Part shown: piece after piece, positions 1 to 9,500 of the stretch
How the letters are laid out: each line of letters starts with the position of its first letter
Position numbering within the stretch: position 1 is the first letter of the stretch
NCBI GenBank assembly: GCA_965263355.1
Contig: CBDHHL010000049.1
Coordinates: 160,001 to 224,000, forward strand
Direction of reading: 5' to 3'
Source of the DNA: Leptolyngbyaceae cyanobacterium
Lineage (GTDB): Bacteria > Cyanobacteriota > Cyanobacteriia > Phormidesmidales > Phormidesmidaceae
Length of the DNA: 64,000 nt
Notes under the pieces: model-generated
The model's database searches: none
What the model was told of the DNA's origin: nothing
What the model saw: only the letters and a program-made list of their open reading frames with translations
Made by a program: the position numbers and the translations under genes

Positions 1-1
1 A

Positions 2-3000
2 GTGCCGCCAGAGCGTTGGGATATTGATGCCTACTATGACCCAGACCCCAATGCGCCAGGAAAGATGACCACTCGCTATGGTGGGTTCATTGAGGCGATT
101 GACCAGTTTGACGCCGCCTTCTTTGGCATTGCCCCCCGTGAAGTCATTGAACTGGACCCGCAACAGCGGTTTTTGCTGGAGATCAGCTGGCAGGCCTTGG
201 AAGATGCCAATATTGCGCCAGAGACATTGGTGGGTAGCCAAACTGGGGTCTATGTTGGCATCAGCACTAATGACTATAGCCAGTTGATTGCCCGAGGCGG
301 GGAACAGGCCATTGGTCAATACATGGGCACTGGCAATGCTGCTTCAGCCGCCGCCGGTCGACTCAGCTATGTGCTGGGCTTACAAGGACCGAGTTTGGCC
401 ATTGATACCGCCTGCAGTTCGTCTTTGGTGGCTCTCCATCAGGCCTCCCATGGATTGCTCAAGGGGGACTGTGAGTTGGCTTTAGTGGGTGGAGTCAACG
501 CCATCTTGAGTCCAGAGAATACTATTTACTTTAGTAAAGGTCGTTTTATGGCCCCCGATGGTCGCTGCAAAACCTTTGATGCCACTGCCGATGGCTTTGT
601 GCGCTCAGAAGGTTGTGGTGTGGTGATACTCAAGCGCTTATCAGAGGCAGAACGGGACGGTAACCACATTTACGGCGTCATTCGCGGGTCGGCGGTCAAC
701 CAGGATGGGGCTTCCGGGGGCTTAACCGTGCCCAATGGTCCGGCCCAGCAGCGTGTCATTGAACAAGCCCTGACGATAGCCAAGATTGAGCCAGAGTCGG
801 TCTCCTATGTCGAAGCCCACGGTACTGGAACCAGTCTGGGTGACCCGATAGAAATTCAAGCGCTCCAGCAGGTCCTAGGGCAGGCTCACAGCTCAGAACA
901 GCCCCTTTGGGTAGGTTCTGTCAAAACCAACATTGGTCATCTTGAAGCGGCGGCTGGCATCGCCAGTATCATCAAGGTGGCCTTGAGTTTCGATCACGGT
1001 GTGATTCCGGGACAGTTGCATTTCCACACACCTTCGCCGCGTATTCCCTGGGAAAATATCAATATTCAGGTGGTTGCCACCGCTCAGGGATGGCCAAGCC
1101 GTCGCAGAATTGCTGGGGTCAGTGGTTTTGCTTTCCAGGGCACCAATGCCCATTTGGTCTTAGAAGGCTATGGGCCATCCCAAGTGGTTGATGCAACACC
1201 AACAGAACAGAAAAATGACAGTTCTGCTGAGCCATCTCTCATGCTGTTGCCGCTCAGTGGCAAGAGTGAGGCAGCGGTGCAAGCCTTAGCTGCGGTCTAT
1301 GCTAATTGGCTGGAAATCCACGATGATATCCCCCTGAAGGATGTGTGCTTTACCGCTGGGGTGGGTCGTAATCATTTTGGCTATCGGACGACGGTCGTCG
1401 CTCAAACCCAAGCTCAGTTCCGACAGGGATTGCAGCAGGTGGCAGCGGGTACTGTAGATTTACAACGCATTCAACAGCAGCCACAAATCGCGGTTCTGTT
1501 CACCGGCCAGGGGGCACAGTACATAGACATGGCCCGTGAGCTTTATGAGACTCAGCCATCCTTTGGACAAACCTTAGACCAGTGCAGTGAGATTCTCAAT
1601 GCTTATCTGGAGAGCCCTTTGCTCGATGTGCTTTATCCAGATGAGAGAACAGAACAAGCCGATGACTTACTGAATCAAACAGCTTACACCCAACCAGCGT
1701 TGTTTGCCATTGAGTATTCGCTCTACCAACTCTGGCAATCCTGGGGTATCACTCCGTCTGTCGTTATGGGTCATAGTATCGGCGAGATAGTCGCTGCCTG
1801 TGTCGCAGGTATCTTTAGTCTAGAAGATGGATTGAAGCTCAGCGCCATGCGGGGCAAACTGATGGGGCGGTTACCCTCCGGGGGAGCGATGCTCTCGGTG
1901 ATGGCCTCCGTTAATCAGGTGAGAACTCTCATTGCTGAAAGAGGCAACATCACCATTGCCGCTATCAATGGCCCTGAGAGTACGGCCATTTCTGGAGAAG
2001 CATCAGTTGTTCGAGTCGTTTCTCAACAATTAGAGGCCCAGGGGATTAAGACTAAGCAACTGCAGGTTTCCCATGCTTTCCATTCGCTCTTGATGGAACC
2101 GATACTGGCCGAGTTTGAGCAGGTGGCTAGACAGATACGCTATTCACGCCCCAAACTCAAACTCATTTCCAATGTCACCGGACAGGTGGTTACCGAGGAA
2201 ATCGCCACCCCTGAGTATTGGTGTGAGCATATTCTAGCTCCAGTCAACTTTGTTGCTGGCATGGAGCGTCTGCAACAGGAAGAGATAGATATCTTCCTCG
2301 AATGTGGTCCTCAACCGATTCTGTTGGGCATGGGTCGGCAATGCCTCCCCGAGGATGAGGATAAAGTATTGCTGCCGTCTCTCAGACCTGGTCAAAATGA
2401 TTGGCAACAGATGCTTTCCAGTTTGAGCCAGCTCTATGTCCGTGGTGTGAGCATTGATTGGATGGGCTTTAACCAAGACTCTCCTCAACATTGCAAAGTC
2501 TCCCTACCCACCTATCCTTTCCAACGTCAACGCTATTGGATTGATGTTCAAGCCTCGACGAATGCACTGACGGCTAAAACGGCCCATGATGAAACTTTGC
2601 ATCCCTTGCTTGGCCATAAAGTCTCTCTGGCCGGTTCTCAGGTTTACTTTGAATCCGTTGTGAGCTCTCATCAACCGACCTATCTAGCCGAGCATCGCGT
2701 CTTCAACCGGACATTGTTCCCCACCACAGCCTACCTGGAAATGGGGCTGGCTGCTGGCCATCAAGTGTTTCCAGAACAACCCTTCACCCTTGAGCAATTC
2801 GAAATCGAACGGGGTCTGATTCTGCCTGAATCCAGTCCTACCCAAGTGCAAACCCTGATTACGCGTGATGCCCCAGATAGCTATCGCTTCGAAATCTATA
2901 GCTTATCCCCTGCCTCAGATGCTGGTACAGAATCTCAATGGCAACGCCATAGCCACGGCCTGATTCGGTTAGCGTCTCAAGTCGTGTCAATTCCCACCGT

Positions 3001-6000
3001 CTCGCTGAGCCAGTATCAAACCGAGTGTTCACATCGCTGTGAGGTCGCCGCCCATTACCGTCGTTTCTGCCAGCAACAGATTGACTACGGCGATAGTTTC
3101 CAGGGTATTCAGCAGCTGTGGCAAGGCGATGGCAAAGCCCTGGCTCAACTACAACTGCCCATGGCCCTGGTGGGCGATAGTGCCGACTATGATATCCATC
3201 CAGCCCTTTTAGATGCAGCTCTGCAGGTTCTCTCTGCCCTCGATGCTGGAACCGAGACAACCACCACTTATCTGCCCGTTGCGATTGAGCGATTTGAGGT
3301 CTATCGCTGCCCTGGATTGAGCCTATGGGTACTCGGCCAATGGCAAACGACAGAACAATCTACTGGACTAAGTGCACAAGTCCAACTGCTGGATAAGACC
3401 GGTCAGCTGATTGCCCGCATCGATGGCCTGCATGTCAGGGCTGCTACTCCTGCCGCACTGCTAGGTCAACCCCGCAATTTGGACCCGCATCTCTACCAGG
3501 TTGACTGGCGGGTCCAATCTCGCTTCGGTCGCTTGACACCCCCAGACTTCTTGCTGTCGCCACCTGAACTCTCCACTACCTTAGCCCCTCAGGTGCAGAC
3601 CCTGTTGTTAGATAATCCCACCCTGCAACAGCATTATGCCACCCTGTTACCCTCGCTAGAACAGGTCAGTGTAGACTTCATCGTGAAGGCTTTCGGCCAA
3701 CTGGGCTGGGCCTATCAACCGGGTGAACAGTTGCAACTGGAGAAGATTGCTCAACGCCTGGGCATCGTACCCCAACATCATCGCTTGCTGGCTCGCTTGC
3801 TGGAGATTCTCTCAGATGTAAAAATCCTCACCCCTCAGCAAGACTCCTGGCAGGTGCTACAAGCGTTACCCGCGACTGAGGCCATCACCCCTCCAACTCC
3901 ATTAGTGGCAGCGTCCGCCGAATGGCTGCTGCTGGAGCGCTGTGGCAGCCAGCTAGCAGCGGTCTTACGAGGGGCTATCGACCCTGTACAGCTGGTGTTC
4001 CCATCGGGTGACTTGAGCAATGCCACTCGACTTTATCAAGACTCACCCGCCGCTCACAGCTTTAATCGCCTGGTGCAGCAGGTTGTTACAACGGCTGTAA
4101 CCCATGCTCCGGCTACTCGAGGCCTGCGTATCCTTGAAATTGGTGCCGGTACCGGTGGAACGACCAGTACCCTACTGCCTCACTTACCGACTGCACAAAC
4201 TCGCTATTGCTTCACCGACATTGGTGCGCTCTTCACCCAGAAAGCCCAGGAACGCTTTGGCCATGACTATCCCTTTGTCAGCTATCAAACTCTTGATATC
4301 GAACAAGACCCGGCTGAGCAGGGCTTTGCAGAGCAGCAACAGGATATTGTGATTGCAGCCAATGTGTTGCATGCCACCTGTGACCTGAAGCAAACCTTGA
4401 GCCATGTGCGACAGTTGCTGGCACCGGGAGGGATGCTGGTACTGCGGGAGGGAACGGCTCGTCAACGCTGGGTAGATTTGATTTTTGGTCTACTAGATGG
4501 CTGGTGGCGATTTAGCGATCGCAACCTACGCCCCGATTATCCCCTGCTCAATTGCACCCAGTGGCAACAGCTCTTAATGGAAACGGGGTTTGAGTCAGTC
4601 ACAGTCCTACCGGATGAGAGTGCTGGAGATGATCTGGGCCAAGCGGTAATTGTTGCCAAAACCAGTGCTCAAACAAGTACAGACTTATCCAAAACTGATA
4701 AATCTGTGATTAAGCCTGCTAAGGGTTGGTTACTCTTAGCCGATCAGCAAGGGATAGCACAACAGCTGGTGCAGCGATTGGCAGCCCAAGGAGAGGCTTG
4801 CACTGTGGTACAGCAGGTACTGCAAGATGTCGCAGGATACCAGCACCTGTTAACCCAGCTACAGACACCAGAAACGGAATTGCAAGGGGTGATTCATTGT
4901 TGGGGGCTAGATGTGCCTGATAGTCAGACAATGGATGCCCCAGACTTAGCAGCAGCCTCTCAGTTAGGCTGTGGTACCCTATTGCCCTTAGTACAGGTGC
5001 TGGTCCAGCAAAAAGCGATCGCAACACCCAGACTCTGGATTGTCACTCGTGGGGCTCAGCCAGTGGGTGCATCCCCTGAGAATTTATCGGGGGTGAGTCA
5101 GGCCTCAATGTGGGGCATGGGCAAAGTAATTGGCCTGGAGCATCCGGAACTCTCCTGCACCCATATTGACCTGGATGGGAATGCGACCATTGCAGCCCAA
5201 GCCGAGAGTCTCTGGGCTGAGATCTGGTCTCAAGACAAGGAAGACCAGGTGGCGCTGCGACAAGATCAACGCTTTGTTGCCAGACTGGCTAAAAATGAGC
5301 AGTTGACAATGGCTGACAACGAAGCTGCGATGCCCCGACCAGAGGGTACCTATCTGATTACTGGAGGCCTGGGTGGCTTGGGTCTATTGGTGGCCGATTG
5401 GTTTATTGACCATCAGGTTAAACATCTGGTTCTGACCAATCGACGCGAACCCAGCGAATCGGTCCAGGCCCAGCTCCAGAAATTGAGGGAGAAAGGGGCT
5501 CAGGTCACCGTTGCCCAGGCCGATGTCACCGATGCAGTCGTAATGGCTACCGTCATTGACAACATCCGAAAATCGGGTTTTCCGCTCAAGGGCATCATCC
5601 ATGCCGCTGGAGTGCTCGACGACGGCACCCTATTGCAACAAAGCTGGCCTAAGTTTGAGGCGGTGCTCGGCCCAAAGGTACAAGGAGCCTGGAATCTGCA
5701 TCAGCTGACCCAAACAGAGTCAATTGACTTCTTTATCTCGTTCTCTTCAGCTGCTGCATTACTCGGCTCTCCCGGTCAAGCCAATCATTCAGCCGCCAAT
5801 GCCTTTCTCGATGGTCTGGCGCACTACCGACGGTCCCTAGGCTTAGCCGGTCAGAGTTTTCAGCTAGGAGCCGTTACCCGCATAGGAGAAGCGGCTGAGC
5901 GGGGGGCTGATGTTAGGGCACAAAAACAGGGAATGGGGGTGATTGAGCCTCAACAGGTATTAACCATCCTGGAGCGATTGTTACGCCAACCTCAAGTCAC

Positions 6001-6574
6001 TCAGGTTGGTCTTGTCCCCATTGATTGGAAATTAGCGCAGCTACCTGTCCAGTGGCATCGTTGGCCCTACTTATCAGATTGGACAAAGTTGAGTCAAAGC
6101 AACGCCGTTGACCAGACATCAGCAGTCATCAAGCAACTGCAATCAACGCCTGTCCAAGAACAAAAGGTACTTTTAGTTGCTTTTATCCGTCAGCAAGTGG
6201 CCCAAGTACTGGGCCTGAAGGATGCTCAACAGTTAGACATCTATCAGTCTCTCTTTCATATCGGTCTGGACTCTTTGATGGCGGTGGAACTAAGAAGCCA
6301 ATTACAAAACCAATTGAACCTATCGTTAAGCTCAACCCTGTTGTTTAACTACCCCACCATTGATGCATTAACAAACTACATTCTGAGTGAAAAATTATCG
6401 ACTACATCACAAAGCTCAGAAAGTGATGCATTCAACAACAGCTCCAGGACAAATTTACAGGCTGAGGAAAGTCTAAAACAATCTCGTTCAGATGCGCTAG
6501 ACGGGCTTTCAGAGGATGAACTAGCGGATCTACTCAGCAAAAAGATTCATCAACGTAGAGGAAATAACAAATGA
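2..6574 (+). CDS. Type I modular PKS, 5'-partial: KS-AT-DH-cMT-KR-ACP
   Basis: KS motifs DTACSSS, HGTGT and NIGHLE. AT GHSIG and HAFH (malonyl-type). DH HRVFNRTLFP and HPALLD. SAM-binding [22 protein letters not shown] and AGVLDDG. ACP GLDSL. C-terminal docking helix (LSEDELADLL). The ORF starts inside the KS at the window edge. Confidence 0.97.
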   Translation: MPPERWDIDAYYDPDPNAPGKMTTRYGGFIEAIDQFDAAFFGIAPREVIELDPQQRFLLEISWQALEDANIAPETLVGSQTGVYVGISTNDYSQLIARGGEQAIGQYMGTGNAASAAAGRLSYVLGLQGPSLAIDTACSSSLVALHQASHGLLKGDCELALVGGVNAILSPENTIYFSKGRFMAPDGRCKTFDATADGFVRSEGCGVVILKRLSEAERDGNHIYGVIRGSAVNQDGASGGLTVPNGPAQQRVIEQALTIAKIEPESVSYVEAHGTGTSLGDPIEIQALQQVLGQAHSSEQPLWVGSVKTNIGHLEAAAGIASIIKVALSFDHGVIPGQLHFHTPSPRIPWENINIQVVATAQGWPSRRRIAGVSGFAFQGTNAHLVLEGYGPSQVVDATPTEQKNDSSAEPSLMLLPLSGKSEAAVQALAAVYANWLEIHDDIPLKDVCFTAGVGRNHFGYRTTVVAQTQAQFRQGLQQVAAGTVDLQRIQQQPQIAVLFTGQGAQYIDMARELYETQPSFGQTLDQCSEILNAYLESPLLDVLYPDERTEQADDLLNQTAYTQPALFAIEYSLYQLWQSWGITPSVVMGHSIGEIVAACVAGIFSLEDGLKLSAMRGKLMGRLPSGGAMLSVMASVNQVRTLIAERGNITIAAINGPESTAISGEASVVRVVSQQLEAQGIKTKQLQVSHAFHSLLMEPILAEFEQVARQIRYSRPKLKLISNVTGQVVTEEIATPEYWCEHILAPVNFVAGMERLQQEEIDIFLECGPQPILLGMGRQCLPEDEDKVLLPSLRPGQNDWQQMLSSLSQLYVRGVSIDWMGFNQDSPQHCKVSLPTYPFQRQRYWIDVQASTNALTAKTAHDETLHPLLGHKVSLAGSQVYFESVVSSHQPTYLAEHRVFNRTLFPTTAYLEMGLAAGHQVFPEQPFTLEQFEIERGLILPESSPTQVQTLITRDAPDSYRFEIYSLSPASDAGTESQWQRHSHGLIRLASQVVSIPTVSLSQYQTECSHRCEVAAHYRRFCQQQIDYGDSFQGIQQLWQGDGKALAQLQLPMALVGDSADYDIHPALLDAALQVLSALDAGTETTTTYLPVAIERFEVYRCPGLSLWVLGQWQTTEQSTGLSAQVQLLDKTGQLIARIDGLHVRAATPAALLGQPRNLDPHLYQVDWRVQSRFGRLTPPDFLLSPPELSTTLAPQVQTLLLDNPTLQQHYATLLPSLEQVSVDFIVKAFGQLGWAYQPGEQLQLEKIAQRLGIVPQHHRLLARLLEILSDVKILTPQQDSWQVLQALPATEAITPPTPLVAASAEWLLLERCGSQLAAVLRGAIDPVQLVFPSGDLSNATRLYQDSPAAHSFNRLVQQVVTTAVTHAPATRGLRILEIGAGTGGTTSTLLPHLPTAQTRYCFTDIGALFTQKAQERFGHDYPFVSYQTLDIEQDPAEQGFAEQQQDIVIAANVLHATCDLKQTLSHVRQLLAPGGMLVLREGTARQRWVDLIFGLLDGWWRFSDRNLRPDYPLLNCTQWQQLLMETGFESVTVLPDESAGDDLGQAVIVAKTSAQTSTDLSKTDKSVIKPAKGWLLLADQQGIAQQLVQRLAAQGEACTVVQQVLQDVAGYQHLLTQLQTPETELQGVIHCWGLDVPDSQTMDAPDLAAASQLGCGTLLPLVQVLVQQKAIATPRLWIVTRGAQPVGASPENLSGVSQASMWGMGKVIGLEHPELSCTHIDLDGNATIAAQAESLWAEIWSQDKEDQVALRQDQRFVARLAKNEQLTMADNEAAMPRPEGTYLITGGLGGLGLLVADWFIDHQVKHLVLTNRREPSESVQAQLQKLREKGAQVTVAQADVTDAVVMATVIDNIRKSGFPLKGIIHAAGVLDDGTLLQQSWPKFEAVLGPKVQGAWNLHQLTQTESIDFFISFSSAAALLGSPGQANHSAANAFLDGLAHYRRSLGLAGQSFQLGAVTRIGEAAERGADVRAQKQGMGVIEPQQVLTILERLLRQPQVTQVGLVPIDWKLAQLPVQWHRWPYLSDWTKLSQSNAVDQTSAVIKQLQSTPVQEQKVLLVAFIRQQVAQVLGLKDAQQLDIYQSLFHIGLDSLMAVELRSQLQNQLNLSLSSTLLFNYPTIDALTNYILSEKLSTTSQSSESDAFNNSSRTNLQAEESLKQSRSDALDGLSEDELADLLSKKIHQRRGNNK

Positions 6575-9500
6575 TGGATATTTCTACTAATCGCGATTAT
6601 CGTCCTCTCTTGAAAGAGGCTCTGCTAGAGATTGAAGCACTCCAGTCGGAACTAAAAGCTGTTCAGCACACCCAAACCGAACCTTTAGCCATTATCGGCA
6701 TGGGGTGTCGCTTCCCTGGTGGTGGTAATAATCCAGAAGCCTTCTGGCAACTGCTGAAAAACGGTTCTAATCTTTGTGTTGACATTCCGGCGTCGCGTTG
6801 GGAAATTGACGCGTTCTATGACCCTGACCCAGCAGCGCCCGGTAAGATTTACACTCGCATGGGCCATTTCCTCAACGTTCCCATTGACAGATTTGATCCT
6901 CAGTTCTTTGGGTTGTCTCCCCGCGAAGCCAGGAGCCTGGATCCCCAGCAACGATTGCTCCTGGAAGTGTGTTGGGAAAGTCTGGAACATGCAGGCCTGG
7001 ATGCCACCGGTCTCCTCGCTTCGAAAACGGGTGTCTTTGTCGGTTTGATGAATGTTGAATATCCGAGGCTGGCGTTTCCCTCCTACGAGGCCATTGATAT
7101 GCATTCGGCCTCGGGAAATGCACCCAGTACGGCGGCGGGTCGTATTGCTTACACCTTTGGTTTTCAAGGACCTACCCTGGCCATTGATACCGCTTGCTCA
7201 TCATCGCTTGTGGCTGTGCATATGGCCTGTCAGAGTCTGCGGTTGGGTGAATGCGATATGGCGTTGGCCTGTGGCACCAATTTGATGTTGGGTCCTGAAA
7301 TGTATATCGGCGAATGTCGCAGTCAGATGCTGTCGACGGACGGCTTGTGTAAGACCTTTGATATTGCCGCCGATGGTTTTGGTCGTGGAGAAGGGTGTGG
7401 GGTGGTTGTGCTCAAACGACTCTCTGATGCCCAGCGCGATCGCGATACTATCCTAGCTTTGATCCGGGGCTCAGCGGTGAATCAAGATGGGCGTAGTGGC
7501 GGGTTAACGGTACCCAATGGCTTGGCTCAAGAGCAGGTGATTGGCGCTGCGCTCAACAATGGCCAGGTTGAGCCCCATCAATTGCAGTATGTCGAAGCCC
7601 ATGGCACCGGAACGTCTCTAGGAGACCCGATTGAAATTACGGCCCTGGGCAATGTGTTTGGTCAGAGTCATTCCCAAGAGCAGCCTTTGATGGTGGGATC
7701 AGTCAAGACCAATATTGGTCATACCGAAGCGACGGCGGGGATTGCAGGCTTGATTAAGTTGGTGTTGCAGTTGCAGCACGATGAGATCGCACCGCACTTA
7801 AATTTGAGTACCTCCAATCCCTACATTGATTGGGAGAAAGCACCCGTCACAATTCCCACAACACTGACCCCATGGCCTCGGAGGCAGACACCGCGATTGG
7901 CGGGGGTGAGTTCCTTTGGGTTTAGTGGCACCAATGCCCATGTGATTGTTGAAGAGGCACCGATTGCTGTACCCACTCAGCCAGATGTAAGTCCAGAGTC
8001 ACCATGGCAGATATTAACCCTATCGGCCAAAGAACAAACAGCCCTGCAGCAGCTGGCTAAGCAGTATGAGAGCTATTTAGAGACAATGCCAGCCGATGAC
8101 CTGGCGGATGTGTGCTTTAGTACTCGGGTCGGTCGAGCCCATTTTGAGAAAAGATTGGCCTTAGTGGGTCAAGATAAAGGTGATTTTTTAGCTCAACTCA
8201 GAGGCTGGTCATCTGAAGAACAATCTAGTACAGGGACTGGGAAAAAAGGCAAAACCGCGGTTCTGTTCACAGGACAGGGGTCCCAGTATGTGGATATGGG
8301 GCGTCAATTATACGAGACTCAACCACTGTTCCGGCAGACCCTCGACCACTGTAACACCATTCTCCAAGCCTACCTAGATCTAGATATTCTCAATATCCTC
8401 TACCCAGATACCTCAGAAACAGGGCAGGCACAAGACCAGCCCCTACAGTCTGCTTCCCCCTCACCCCTCGACCAAACCACATACACCCAGCCAGCATTAT
8501 TTGTCATTGAGTATGCACTCTATAAACTCTGGCAATCTTGGGGGATCACACCGTCTGTGGTGATGGGCCATAGCATCGGTGTGATAGTGGCCGCCTGTGT
8601 TGCTGATGTCTTTAGCCTGGAAGATGGACTAAAGCTGAGTGCGATGCGGGGAAAACTGATGGGGCAGTTACCCTCTGGGGGAGCGATGCTCTCGGTAATG
8701 GCCTCCGTTGATCAGTTGGGAACTCTCATTGCCGAAAGAGGCAACGTCACCATAGCCGCGATCAACGGTCCTGAGAGTACGGTTATTTCTGGAGAACAAT
8801 CCGCTGTTCGAGCCGTTGGGCAACAATTAGCAGCTCAGGGGATTAAGACCAAGCAGCTGCAGGTTTCCCATGCCTTCCATTCACCTTTGATGAAACCGAT
8901 GCTGGCCGAGTTTGAACAGGTGGCCAAACAGATTAACTATGCTCCCCCCAAACTCAAACTAATCTCCAATGTCACCGGACAGATTGTTACCGAAGAAGTA
9001 ACCACCCCTGAGTATTGGTGTGATCATATTCTGGCCCCAGTCAACTTTGCCGCTGGCATGGACAGACTACAGCAAGAGGAGATAGACGTCTTCCTCGAAT
9101 GTGGGCCTCAACCGATTCTGTTGGGGATGGGCCGTCAATGTTTGCCTGAGGATGAAGAGAACGCCTGGCTACCCTCCCTAAGAGTTGGGCAAGATGATTG
9201 GAAACAGATGCTCTCTAGTCTGAGGCAGCTCTATATCCGCGGGGTAGCCATTGATTGGAGAGGCTTTGATAAGGACTATCCCCAACGCCGCAAAGTCTCC
9301 CTACCCACCTATCCCTTCCAACGTCAACGCTATTGGATTGATGTTCCTCCTCAACATCGAATGCTGCCTGCTCATGCACTTGTGGGCAGCAAATTAGAGC
9401 TGGCTTCTACCGGACAAACTGTTTACCACCAAATCATTAATCTGGCCCAACAACCTTGGATTGGTGACCACCGGGTGTATGACACCGTCGTCATTCCAGG

